44,534 bases of DNA from Vectrevirus LI10P3. The stretch is taken from the sequence record OZ035807.1; one strand, written 5' to 3'. Within the stretch, counting starts at the first letter, position 1. Each line of letters begins with the position of its first letter. Below are positions 34,057 to 44,385 of the stretch, piece after piece. Below the pieces are notes generated by a model. That model worked only from the letters and a program-made list of their open reading frames with translations. It did not search any database and had not been told where the DNA came from. The position numbers and the translations under genes are program-made.

Positions 34057-36458
34057 TGGAAGTACAAGGTTCATTAGGTAGACAAATCCAAGGGATTAGC
34101 CAGCAGCCGCCAGCGGTACGCTTGGATGGTCAGTGCACAGCTATGGTTAATATGATACCTGATGTAGTGAATGGTACTCAATCACGCATGGGTACAACTC
34201 ATATTGCAAAGATACTTGATGCTGGGACTGATGACATGGCTATTCATCATTATCGCAGAGGTGATGGTGATGAAGAGTATTTCTTCACGTTGAAGAAAGG
34301 ACAAGTTCCTGAGATATTTGATAAGTATGGGCGCAAATGTAATGTGACTTCACAAGATGCACCTATGACCTACCTCTCTGAGGTTGTTAATCCAAGGGAA
34401 GATGTACAATTCATGACGATAGCTGATGTTACTTTCATGCTTAATCGTAGGAAAGTAGTTAAAGCTAGTAACAGGAAGTCACCTAAAGTTGGAAACAAAG
34501 CCATTGTGTTTTGTGCGTATGGTCAATATGGTACATCTTATTCCATTGTAATTAATGGGACCAACGCTGCTAGTTTTAAAACACCGGATGGTGGAAGTGC
34601 AGACCATGTTGAACAAATTCGAACTGAACGTATCACTTCTGAATTGTACTCTAAGTTGCAGCAATGGAGCGGTGTGAGTGACTATGAAATACAAAGAGAC
34701 GGTACTAGTATATTTATCGAGAGACGGGATGGTGCTAGCTTTACAATAACAACCACCGATGGTGCAAAAGGTAAGGACTTAGTGGCTATCAAGAATAAAG
34801 TTAGCTCTACTGACCTACTCCCTTCTCGTGCGCCTGCTGGTTATAAAGTACAAGTGTGGCCTACTGGCAGCAAACCTGAGTCTCGTTACTGGCTGCAAGC
34901 TGAGCCTAAAGAGGGAAACCTTGTATCTTGGAAAGAAACAATAGCTGCCGATGTATTACTTGGGTTTGATAAAGGCACAATGCCTTATATCATTGAACGT
35001 ACAGGTATCGTAGACGGCATAGCTCAATTCAAGATAAGACAAGGCGATTGGGAAGATCGTAAAGTAGGAGATGACCTGACTAACCCTATGCCTTCTTTTA
35101 TTGATGAAGAAGTACCTCAGACAATAGGTGGGATGTTCATGGTGCAGAACCGCCTATGCTTTACAGCAGGTGAAGCTGTTATTGCTTCTCGTACATCATA
35201 CTTCTTCGATTTCTTTCGTTATACGGTTATCTCTGCATTGGCGACTGACCCATTTGATATTTTCTCAGATGCTAGTGAAGTCTACCAGCTAAAACATGCA
35301 GTGACCTTAGATGGCGCTACCGTGTTGTTCTCTGATAAGTCACAATTCATACTGCCAGGAGATAAGCCTTTAGAGAAGTCAAATGCATTGCTTAAGCCTG
35401 TTACAACATTTGAAGTGAACAATAAAGTGAAGCCAGTAGTAACTGGTGAATCGGTAATGTTTGCCACTAATGATGGTTCTTACTCTGGTGTACGAGAGTT
35501 CTATACAGACTCTTATAGTGACACTAAGAAGGCACAAGCAATCACAAGTCATGTGAATAAACTCATCGAAGGTAACATTACCAACATGGCAGCAAGCACC
35601 AATGTCAACAGGTTACTTGTCACTACCGATAAGTATCGTAACATAATCTACTGCTACGATTGGTTATGGCAAGGAACAGACCGTGTACAATCAGCATGGC
35701 ATGTGTGGAAGTGGCCTATAGGTACAAAGGTGCGAGGTATGTTTTATTCTGGCGAATTACTTTATCTGCTCCTTGAGAGAGGCAATGGTGTCTATCTGGA
35801 GAAGATGGATATGGGTGATGCATTAACCTATGGTTTAAATGATCGCATCCGAATGGATAGACAGGCAGAGTTAATCTTCCAGCATTTCAAAGCAGAAGAT
35901 GAATGGGTATCTGAACCACTCCCTTGGGTTCCTACTAACCCAGAACTTTTAGATTGCATCTTAATCGAGGGTTGGGATTCATATATTGGTGGTTCTTTCC
36001 TATTCAAATACAACCCCGGTGATAACACCTTGTCTACAACCTTTGATATGCATGATGATAGCCACGTAAAAGCGAAGGTTATTGTTGGTCAGATTTACCC
36101 TCAAGAGTTTGAACCAACACCTGTAGTTATCAGAGATAGGCAAGACCGTGTATCCTATATTGATGTACCTGTTGTGGGATTAGTTCACCTTAATCTTGAT
36201 ATGTATCCTGATTTCTCCGTGGAGGTTAAGAATGTGAAGAGTGGTAAAGTACGCAGGGTGCTAGCGTCAAACCGTATAGGTGGTGCTCTCAACAATACAG
36301 TAGGTTATGTTGAACCAAGAGAAGGTGTCTTCAGATTCCCACTGAGAGCTAAGAGTACGGATGCTGTTTATCGTATTATTGTAGAATCACCTCACACATT
36401 CCAGCTTCGTGATATTGAGTGGGAAGGGAGCTACAATCCAACCAAAAGGAGGGTCTAA
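34056..36458 (+). CDS. tail tubular protein B (T7 gp12-like)
   Basis: 800 aa; N-terminal GISQQP motif shared with T7 gp12 as I recall it; start overlaps upstream stop (TAATG). Confidence 0.8.
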   Translation: MEVQGSLGRQIQGISQQPPAVRLDGQCTAMVNMIPDVVNGTQSRMGTTHIAKILDAGTDDMAIHHYRRGDGDEEYFFTLKKGQVPEIFDKYGRKCNVTSQDAPMTYLSEVVNPREDVQFMTIADVTFMLNRRKVVKASNRKSPKVGNKAIVFCAYGQYGTSYSIVINGTNAASFKTPDGGSADHVEQIRTERITSELYSKLQQWSGVSDYEIQRDGTSIFIERRDGASFTITTTDGAKGKDLVAIKNKVSSTDLLPSRAPAGYKVQVWPTGSKPESRYWLQAEPKEGNLVSWKETIAADVLLGFDKGTMPYIIERTGIVDGIAQFKIRQGDWEDRKVGDDLTNPMPSFIDEEVPQTIGGMFMVQNRLCFTAGEAVIASRTSYFFDFFRYTVISALATDPFDIFSDASEVYQLKHAVTLDGATVLFSDKSQFILPGDKPLEKSNALLKPVTTFEVNNKVKPVVTGESVMFATNDGSYSGVREFYTDSYSDTKKAQAITSHVNKLIEGNITNMAASTNVNRLLVTTDKYRNIIYCYDWLWQGTDRVQSAWHVWKWPIGTKVRGMFYSGELLYLLLERGNGVYLEKMDMGDALTYGLNDRIRMDRQAELIFQHFKAEDEWVSEPLPWVPTNPELLDCILIEGWDSYIGGSFLFKYNPGDNTLSTTFDMHDDSHVKAKVIVGQIYPQEFEPTPVVIRDRQDRVSYIDVPVVGLVHLNLDMYPDFSVEVKNVKSGKVRRVLASNRIGGALNNTVGYVEPREGVFRFPLRAKSTDAVYRIIVESPHTFQLRDIEWEGSYNPTKRRV

Positions 36459-37204
36459 TGGCTATAGGTTCAGCCGTTATGGCTGGTATGTCTTCTATTG
36501 GTAGTATGTTTGCAGGTAGCGGTGCAGCAGCCGCTGTTGGTGGTACTGCCGCAGCAGCAGGAGGGACAGCCGCCGCAGGTGGCGGAGGTTTGCTTGGCTC
36601 CCTTGGTAGTTTCTTAGGAGGTTCTTCTGCTGGCTTCTCTAATGCAGGACTGCTTAGTGCAGGTATGCAAGGTCTTGGTCTTCTAGGCAATCTTTTTGGT
36701 GGAAGTGATGAAGCCAAAGCTATGAAGAAAGCTCAGGAGGAGCAATGGCGGCAGCAGTTAATTGCTACACAAGAAGCATATAAGACAGTAACAGATGCAG
36801 AACGCTCTGCTGCTAAACAGTATCATGCAGATGCAATCAGTAATCAGGCTTCACTGCTACAGCAAAGAGCACAGGTTGCATTACTTGCTGGTGCTACTGG
36901 TACTGGTGGTAACTCTGTGTCTTCTATGCTGAATGACTTAGCAGCAGAAGGCGGAAGGAACCAGAGTACAATTATCGATAACTATGAGAATCAGAAGATT
37001 AACTTCACCAACCAGCTTAAGTCCATCCAACGGGGTGGTCAGATGCAGATGCGTGAGTTTAAGAAACCTTCTGCCGTGAGCACCTTGGTGCAAGGTATAC
37101 CGAGTCTGGCATCTGCCTATGTAACAGGTAGTAAGTCCGGCATGGCTTTAGGTAAAGCTTTAACTGATTCTCGTACATATTCATCTGGAACAAGAGGTAT
37201 TTAA
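36458..37204 (+). CDS. internal virion protein (small, Gly/Ala-rich)
   Basis: 248 aa from ATG 36458 with AGGAGGG RBS; Gly/Ala-rich N-terminal half; first of three ejection-protein genes. Confidence 0.6.
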   Translation: MAIGSAVMAGMSSIGSMFAGSGAAAAVGGTAAAAGGTAAAGGGGLLGSLGSFLGGSSAGFSNAGLLSAGMQGLGLLGNLFGGSDEAKAMKKAQEEQWRQQLIATQEAYKTVTDAERSAAKQYHADAISNQASLLQQRAQVALLAGATGTGGNSVSSMLNDLAAEGGRNQSTIIDNYENQKINFTNQLKSIQRGGQMQMREFKKPSAVSTLVQGIPSLASAYVTGSKSGMALGKALTDSRTYSSGTRGI

Positions 37205-40152
37205 TGGCAATTGAGCGACAAGCAGTACAAGGTCTGCCACAAGTGCAGGCCACTTCTCCTAATGTCATGACCTTTGCACCTCAGCGAGTTGGAGGTGTGG
37301 AGGCTGGCGTAGCTTCTACCTCCGGTAGTCGATTTATCGAAGACCTTATTCGAGCAGCCAGTAGTGTAGCTGATGTAACCACTGGTATCCTTAATCAAAA
37401 GATTGAGGAAGATAAGGTTGTTCAAATGGAGCGGGCATATAACGGATTAATGCCTTCTGAGGATGCAACTCGTGGTGGCGCTCGTGCTAACATGCTTGTC
37501 AAAGCTCAACTGCTAGCTAATGATGAAGCAGCACGAATGAAAGACATGGCTACTCGTTTCCAAGGAACGGATGACGAGTGGACACAACTTATGGTTAATT
37601 CTCGTAATGAGATGCAGAATAAGCTGTTCCAGCAATACCCTGAGTTGCAAGGTGACAAAGATACTATGCGTATGGTCACTAATGTCTTCCAAGAACAGCA
37701 GCCTCAGATTTGGGCGACACGAACCCAGCATAAACTTGACCGTGAACAAGCAGACCGTGAGGATACCTTTGACGGGCGAGTGGCTTCTACTTGGGATTCT
37801 AATATTGACCCTGAAGCATCTGGCTATGCTTTACAGGAACGAATCCGCGAAGGTCTTACTCAAGGATTACTACCTGAACAGATGCACAAGAAGTTAGTCC
37901 AGCGAGCAATTTCACTTGCACAAGGCGGTGATGTTAGCATGGCTGAAGCCCTGAAGTATGTGAAGGACGATAAGGGTGTTTCTGTTTATGCTAAGAATCC
38001 ACAGCTTATCACAGCCATCACTAGTGGTAATGCAGTTTGGGCTAGGAATAATGTAGCTGATGTAACTCGTATGTCTTTCGAAGTTAAAGAATCCTACCTT
38101 GCAGGGGATTTAACTGATGAAGAATTGTTGGAACGAGCACAGCACATTAATAATCTGACAGGTAACTCTGTCTTCTCTAATCCAGAGCTAGAGGTACTGA
38201 TGCGCCAACGGGCTAAGCAGAATGCAGAGCTAGGTGCAATGCAGGATATGCGACGTGAGCTTTACTCCGACCGCCTGACTGGCTTCCAAGGTAAGACTGA
38301 TAAAGAGAAGAAGGCTTACATTGATGTTATCAAACAGGATAGCCAACTTTATGCAGACCAGCAAATCAAACAACGTGGCTTGGACCCTTATAGTCAAGAG
38401 GCTGAAGCTATTCGTGGTGCAGTGGAAGTGCAGCGCCTACAATTCATGAACTCCAAAGGCTTAGTGGATGATACCTTTGAGTCTCGTATCAAAGCCATGG
38501 AATCTATGCTATCTCCTGAGCACTTTGCCAAGGGCGAACCACAAGAGTTGATGACTATTCGCCAGTTGTGGGAACAGTTGCCAGAAGAGGGCCGAGGTGT
38601 CTTTGGTGACACGGTGAATGGCTACATGGATAACTACAACACTGCACTACAAATGGGAGAGACACCTTTGCAGTCTGCAAGGTTTGCGCGTGAAGCACAG
38701 CAGAAATTCTCTCGTACTGAGAAGGAAACCAAGAAGTTCAACTCAGCTATTGGAGATGCACTGGATGAGGTATCTGGTGCTGGCTGGTTCGATGGTAAAA
38801 CCGAAGTGTCAGACTTAGGTAAAGCTATTGCAGAAGAGGAGTTACGAGCTAAGGCTAATATGCTGTGGTCTAGTGGTATGCGTAACATGGATTCCATCAA
38901 GAAGGCTTTAATTACTTGGGGCAATAAACGCTACACTCAAACAGAGGATGCAAAGACTTCCGGTGGCTATTTCATTAAAGGTGATTACACTTCTGCATCT
39001 GATATGCTTATGTCAGTTGGGAAAGGCGTAAATCCTACCGATGTACCTCTGGCGCTTGGTAGGTATGTAGAAACACAGATGCCAGAATTGAAGAAGGAGC
39101 TTCAAGAGTGGGAAACTAAAGATGATATATACATTGATTACAATGAACAGAAAGGTACTTTCGTGATTCGTGCTGGTGCAGCAGGTCGCCCTCTTTCTGG
39201 AGTAATCCCTGTAACCTCTTTAGATACCACTTCACTACTAGATTCTGCCTATCAGAAGAAAGTAGAGGAACGAGATAAAGGCGAGTATGTTCACCCTTAT
39301 CGTACAGATATTGGTGCACAAGAGCCTATGCCAGCTAAACCAACTGCCAAAGATATTGGTAAATTTGGACTAGCTAACTTCCTCATGTCTTCTGCTTTTG
39401 CTTCTGGTGAGAATCTGCCTTCTAACTTCGAGATTAACTATCGAGGTAATATGCAACAATTCTATGACAAGCTAGCTATGGATGAGAATAAAGATAAAGT
39501 TGGCTTTAATAAGGCAACTGGAACCTTTACTCCATATAAAGATGCTCACGGTGAGTCTATCGGTTACGGTCATTTCTTAACGGAAGAAGAGAAGCGAAAC
39601 GGGTATATTAAGATTGGTGATGAACTAGTTCCCTATCGAGGGTCTATGTCTCAGCTTACAGAGAGCAAGGCTCGCGCTCTTATGGAGCAAGATGCCAAGA
39701 AGCATGTGCCTCCTACTCGTGACTGGAAGATTCCGTTTGACCAGATGCATCCTGCACAGCAACGTGGCTTGATGGATTTAACCTACAATTTAGGTAAAGG
39801 TGGAATCCAGAACTCACCGCGTGCTCTTGCTGCATTCAAAGCTGGTAAGCTTACGGAAGGCTTTATCGAAATGCTGGGCACTGCATCAAGTGAAGGTAAG
39901 CGTATCCCTGGTCTACTGAAGCGACGCGCTGAGGCATACAATATGGCATCTGCTGGTGGTGTGCCTAAGATTACCGAAGTGGAGACTCGTGAAGATGGCT
40001 CCATGTGGGTTAGGTTTGGTGGACCTATGCCAACAGGTTCTGTCTCGGCATGGACTCATAAACGTATTGGCGCGGATGGTTGGTATCAGGTTTATGAGGC
40101 TGCACCTACCAAGTTAGCTAAAGGTTCTAAGGTAGGTAAATTTAAGTTGTAG
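37204..40152 (+). CDS. internal virion protein with C-terminal lysozyme-like domain
   Basis: 982 aa; C-terminal TPYKDAHGESIGYGHFLT resembles the T4-lysozyme YKDTEGYYTIGIGH block; GLLKRRAEAYNM further downstream. Confidence 0.65.
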   Translation: MAIERQAVQGLPQVQATSPNVMTFAPQRVGGVEAGVASTSGSRFIEDLIRAASSVADVTTGILNQKIEEDKVVQMERAYNGLMPSEDATRGGARANMLVKAQLLANDEAARMKDMATRFQGTDDEWTQLMVNSRNEMQNKLFQQYPELQGDKDTMRMVTNVFQEQQPQIWATRTQHKLDREQADREDTFDGRVASTWDSNIDPEASGYALQERIREGLTQGLLPEQMHKKLVQRAISLAQGGDVSMAEALKYVKDDKGVSVYAKNPQLITAITSGNAVWARNNVADVTRMSFEVKESYLAGDLTDEELLERAQHINNLTGNSVFSNPELEVLMRQRAKQNAELGAMQDMRRELYSDRLTGFQGKTDKEKKAYIDVIKQDSQLYADQQIKQRGLDPYSQEAEAIRGAVEVQRLQFMNSKGLVDDTFESRIKAMESMLSPEHFAKGEPQELMTIRQLWEQLPEEGRGVFGDTVNGYMDNYNTALQMGETPLQSARFAREAQQKFSRTEKETKKFNSAIGDALDEVSGAGWFDGKTEVSDLGKAIAEEELRAKANMLWSSGMRNMDSIKKALITWGNKRYTQTEDAKTSGGYFIKGDYTSASDMLMSVGKGVNPTDVPLALGRYVETQMPELKKELQEWETKDDIYIDYNEQKGTFVIRAGAAGRPLSGVIPVTSLDTTSLLDSAYQKKVEERDKGEYVHPYRTDIGAQEPMPAKPTAKDIGKFGLANFLMSSAFASGENLPSNFEINYRGNMQQFYDKLAMDENKDKVGFNKATGTFTPYKDAHGESIGYGHFLTEEEKRNGYIKIGDELVPYRGSMSQLTESKARALMEQDAKKHVPPTRDWKIPFDQMHPAQQRGLMDLTYNLGKGGIQNSPRALAAFKAGKLTEGFIEMLGTASSEGKRIPGLLKRRAEAYNMASAGGVPKITEVETREDGSMWVRFGGPMPTGSVSAWTHKRIGADGWYQVYEAAPTKLAKGSKVGKFKL

Positions 40153-40216
40153 TATCTAACTCAAGGCTTGTCTCACATGTGAGACAGGTCTTTATGATAG
40201 GCACTATGGAGGAATT

Positions 40217-43200
40217 ATGGAACAAGACATTAAGACTAATTGGGCTGGATATGTCCAGTCTACTCCTGAGCCGTTTTCTATTGAGGCGGCTCCGGTATCG
40301 GCTCCTACGATACGCCAGCGTAATGAGTTACAAGAGCAAGTTCTTGAAGCTAAAGCTGATGCTGATATCTTAGGTGCTGTAGGTGCTGCCTTCCAGAATG
40401 AGTGGTTGGCATTCGGAGGCAAGCGGTGGTATGACCGTGCCACTGCTGATTTCACACCTCAACCAGACTTCGAGATACAACCTGAGCAACGTGAAGCACT
40501 ACGTTTCAAATATGGTACAGATATGATGCAGACAATCACTGAGGGTGTTCGTTCTGAGGATGAATTGAACTTCCGTATTCAGAATGCTGATGAAGACCTT
40601 GAGCGCAATAAGCGCATTGCTCAGGCTGGCTGGGTTGGCTCTGTGGCGACGATTGGCGCTGCTGTGCTTGACCCAGTGGGTTGGGTTGCCTCTATCCCAA
40701 CTGGCGGTGCAGCCAAAGTCGGCCTCGTAGGTCGTGCCGTGCGTGGCGCTATCGCCGCTGGCGTGAGCAATGCCGCTATTGAATCCGTATTGGTCCAAGG
40801 TGACATGACTCGTGATTTAGATGACATTATGGTAGCACTAGGTTCCGGTATGGCTATGGGTGGCGTTATTGGCGCTGTAGCGCGTGGTAGGGCCACTAAG
40901 CTCAGTGAGCAAGGGGATGACAGGGCTGCGAGCATTGTGCGCAGTGCAGACGCAGGGGACCGCTATGTGCGTGCTGTTGCTGATGACAGTATCGGTGCGA
41001 TGCGTGTTAAGGGCGAAGAGGTACTCACTGAGGGCGCATTTGATATATCTAGTAAAGGCGAAGACTTGCTGAAAACATTGCAGAGGGAGGGGAACTCTAT
41101 TGATATGACCCCTCGCCGCTGGGCCGGAACCATGTCTGCCCTTGGGACTGTCGTGCACTCCTCTCATGATGCTAGTGTTCGTGGCCTCGGTGCTCGCCTG
41201 TTTGAGTCTCCGCAAGGTTTAGGTATGCAAAAGGCATCTGCCAGTCTTATGCAGAATACCAACTTGAATCGACTGAAGTCTGCTGATATGAACCGTTTCA
41301 ATGACGGGTTTGACTTATGGCTCAAAGAAAATAATATCAATCCAGTTGCAGGCCATACTAACTCTCACTATGTGCAGCAATATAATGAGAAGGTATGGGA
41401 AGCTGTACGCATCGGTATGGATGAGTCTACGCCTAAGTCTATCCGTATGGCAGCAGAGGGGCAGCAAGCTATGTACCGAGAAGCCTTAGCTTTAAGGAAG
41501 CGCTCCGGTGAAGCTGGCTTTGAAAACATTAAAGCAGATAGTAAGTATATGCCTGATATCTTTGACACTATGAAAGCTCGCCGTCAATTTGATAGGATAG
41601 GAAAGGATATAGATAAAGAAGATATCATTGAGTTATTCTCTCGTGCTTATCAGAACGGCGCTCGTAAAATTCCAAAAGAAGTAGCGGATGAAATTGCACG
41701 AGCACAAGTAAACCGTGTTGTGGATGCCACTCTGACAGGACGTATGAGTTTCGAAAAGGCTATGTCTGGTCAGACTAAAGCCGAGTATGAAGCAATAATG
41801 CGCAAGGCAGGCTTCAGTGATGAAGAAATTGAAAAGATGGTAGAAGCTCTGGATAACAAAGAAACCAGAGATAACATCTCTAACCGAGCTAAAATGAGTT
41901 TAGGACTAGATGTTACTCAAGAATACAATGGTATTCGTATGCGTGACTTCATGAATACCAACGTGGAAGAGCTAACAGATAACTATATGAAGGAGGCAGC
42001 AGGTGGCGCTGCATTGGCCCGTCAAGGATTCTCTACCTATCAGGCTGCACTTAATGCAATTGACCTTGTAGAGCGAAATGCACGAAACGCGGCTAAGGAT
42101 AGCAAGGCTAGCTTAGCACTAGATGAAGAGATTCGTCAAATGCGAGAAGGGCTTCGCTTGATTATGGGTAAATCTATCGATGTAGACCCACAGGCTTTGT
42201 CTACTAAAATGCTGCGACGTGGTCGTGACATTACAGGTGTACTTCGCTTAGGTCAGATGGGCTTCGCACAGCTAGGCGAACTTGCTAACTTCATGGGTGA
42301 GTTTGGTATTGCTGCAACCACTATAGCTTTAGGTAAGCAATTCCGCTTTACATCTAAGGCTTTGCGGAGCGGTGATGGCTTCTTTCGAGATAAGAACTTG
42401 GCAGAAGTAGAGAGAATGGTAGGTTACATTGGTGAGGATAACTGGCTAACAACCAAGGGTGCACGTCCAGATGAGTTTGGTGATGTAACCACAGTAAAAG
42501 GAATGATGGCTCACTTTGACCAATCCATGAACTCAATACGTCGTGCTCAGACCAACCTATCACTTTTCCGCATGGCACAGGGTTCTCTGGAGCGAATGAC
42601 CAATAGGCAAATAGCTTTGTCTTTCATTGACCACCTTGAAGGCAAGAAGATTATTCCTCAGAAGAAACTGGAGGAACTTGGTCTTACTCAGGAGTTCGTG
42701 ACTAATCTACAGAAGCACTATGATGCTAACTCTAAAGGTTCTGGCTTGCTTGGCTTTGATACAATGCCTTATGCCATGGGTGAAACTTTAGCTAATGCTA
42801 TTCGTCGTAAGTCAGGTCTAATTATCCAACGTAACTTCATTGGTGATGAAGGTATCTGGATGAACAAAGCACTAGGTAAGACATTTGCACAGCTTAAGTC
42901 ATTCTCTCTTGTATCTGGTGAGAAGCAATTTGGTCGAGGGATTCGCCACGATAAAATTGGTCTTGCTAAGAAGACAGCTTACGGGTTTGCTTTGGGTTCA
43001 ATAGTGTATGCGGCAAAAGCCTATGTGAACTCTATTGGGCGAGAAGACCAAGATGAATATTTGGAAGAGAAGTTATCTCCTAAAGGGTTGGCCTTTGGTG
43101 CAATGGGTATGATGAGTACAACTGCTGTATTTAGTCTAGGTGGAGATTTCTTAGGTGGCCTAGGTGTTCTACCTTCTGAGTTAGTACAATCCCGTTATGA

Positions 43201-43414
43201 GGCTGGCTTTCAGACTAAGGGTTTGATAGACCAAATACCACTAGTAGGTGTTGGTCAAGATGCATATCGTTTAGCAGATTCTATAACTAAATATGCAGAG
43301 GGTGATACAGAAGGTGTAGATGTGGCACGTAGGGCTTTACGCTTAGTGCCTCTAACTAATGTAATAGGAATCCAGAACGCATTGCGTTATGGCTTAGATG
43401 AACTGGAGGATTGA
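40217..43414 (+). CDS. internal virion protein (large, T7 gp16-like)
   Basis: 1065 aa; last of the three ejection-protein genes before the tail-fibre adaptor. Confidence 0.7.
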   Translation: MEQDIKTNWAGYVQSTPEPFSIEAAPVSAPTIRQRNELQEQVLEAKADADILGAVGAAFQNEWLAFGGKRWYDRATADFTPQPDFEIQPEQREALRFKYGTDMMQTITEGVRSEDELNFRIQNADEDLERNKRIAQAGWVGSVATIGAAVLDPVGWVASIPTGGAAKVGLVGRAVRGAIAAGVSNAAIESVLVQGDMTRDLDDIMVALGSGMAMGGVIGAVARGRATKLSEQGDDRAASIVRSADAGDRYVRAVADDSIGAMRVKGEEVLTEGAFDISSKGEDLLKTLQREGNSIDMTPRRWAGTMSALGTVVHSSHDASVRGLGARLFESPQGLGMQKASASLMQNTNLNRLKSADMNRFNDGFDLWLKENNINPVAGHTNSHYVQQYNEKVWEAVRIGMDESTPKSIRMAAEGQQAMYREALALRKRSGEAGFENIKADSKYMPDIFDTMKARRQFDRIGKDIDKEDIIELFSRAYQNGARKIPKEVADEIARAQVNRVVDATLTGRMSFEKAMSGQTKAEYEAIMRKAGFSDEEIEKMVEALDNKETRDNISNRAKMSLGLDVTQEYNGIRMRDFMNTNVEELTDNYMKEAAGGAALARQGFSTYQAALNAIDLVERNARNAAKDSKASLALDEEIRQMREGLRLIMGKSIDVDPQALSTKMLRRGRDITGVLRLGQMGFAQLGELANFMGEFGIAATTIALGKQFRFTSKALRSGDGFFRDKNLAEVERMVGYIGEDNWLTTKGARPDEFGDVTTVKGMMAHFDQSMNSIRRAQTNLSLFRMAQGSLERMTNRQIALSFIDHLEGKKIIPQKKLEELGLTQEFVTNLQKHYDANSKGSGLLGFDTMPYAMGETLANAIRRKSGLIIQRNFIGDEGIWMNKALGKTFAQLKSFSLVSGEKQFGRGIRHDKIGLAKKTAYGFALGSIVYAAKAYVNSIGREDQDEYLEEKLSPKGLAFGAMGMMSTTAVFSLGGDFLGGLGVLPSELVQSRYEAGFQTKGLIDQIPLVGVGQDAYRLADSITKYAEGDTEGVDVARRALRLVPLTNVIGIQNALRYGLDELED

Positions 43415-44376
43415 TGAGTTATACTTTCACAGAACATATAGCCAACGGTACGCAAGTAACCTATCCCTTTAGATTTGCTGGCAGGGATAAAGGCTATCTT
43501 CGTGCCTCAGATGTGATAGTGGAATCTCTTCAAGGTAACACTTGGATTGAGGTTACATCTGGCTGGCAACTAACTGGCACGCACCAGATTACTTTTGATG
43601 TAGCACCAGTTGCAGGTTTGAAGTTCCGTATTCGAAGGGAAGTACAAAAGGAGTATCCATACGCTGAGTTTGACCGTGGTGTTACCTTGGATATGAAGTC
43701 TTTAAATGGTTCTTTCATTCATATACTGGAGATTACACAGGAGTTACTTGACGGGTTTTATCCAGAAGGATACTTCATTAAACAGAATGTAAGCTGGGGC
43801 GGCAATAAGATTACTGATTTGGCTGATGGCACAAATCCTGGAGATGCAGTAAATAAAGGGCAGCTTGATGCCATCGACAAGAAGCATACAGATTGGAACG
43901 CCAAACAGGATATTGAGATTGCTGGCCTTAAGGCTGGTATGACTTCTGGTATTGCGCACAGAACTGTTCCTTGGTACACGATAGCCAAAGGTGGTGAGAT
44001 TTCCGTAAAACCACCTTATGAATTTCAAGATGCACTAGTTTTCCTTAATGGGGTATTGCAGCACCAAATTGTAGGCGCATACTCTATAAGCAACAACACT
44101 ATCACTTTCGCAGAGCCGCTTGTGGCGGGTACAGAGGTGTATGTGCTGATGGGTAGTCGTGTGGCTACATCTGAACCTAATATTCAGTTAGAGTTGAACT
44201 TTGACTTAGTAGAAGGCCAACAAGTAGTACAGATTGGCTCTGCATTTAAGTACATTGAGGTCTACCTTGATGGATTATTACAACCTAAACTTGCTTATCA
44301 GGTAGACGGTGACATTGTTACTTTCTCAGAGGGAGTGCCAGAATGCCGGATGACTGCTAAGATTATCACAGCATAA
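43414..44376 (+). CDS. tail-fibre N-terminal adaptor protein (T7 gp17 N-domain-like)
   Basis: 320 aa; N-terminus MSYTFTEHIANGTQVTYPFRFAGRDKGYLRASDVIV resembles the T7 gp17 tail-attachment domain pattern; lacks a receptor-binding C-terminal part. Confidence 0.65.
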   Translation: MSYTFTEHIANGTQVTYPFRFAGRDKGYLRASDVIVESLQGNTWIEVTSGWQLTGTHQITFDVAPVAGLKFRIRREVQKEYPYAEFDRGVTLDMKSLNGSFIHILEITQELLDGFYPEGYFIKQNVSWGGNKITDLADGTNPGDAVNKGQLDAIDKKHTDWNAKQDIEIAGLKAGMTSGIAHRTVPWYTIAKGGEISVKPPYEFQDALVFLNGVLQHQIVGAYSISNNTITFAEPLVAGTEVYVLMGSRVATSEPNIQLELNFDLVEGQQVVQIGSAFKYIEVYLDGLLQPKLAYQVDGDIVTFSEGVPECRMTAKIITA

Positions 44377-44385
44377 GGAGGTAGG

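Noticed and set aside
36376-36717. Minus-strand Pro/Ala-rich ORF 36376..36717
   Set aside because: Mirror image of the Gly/Ala-rich internal virion protein coding sequence; low-complexity artefact.
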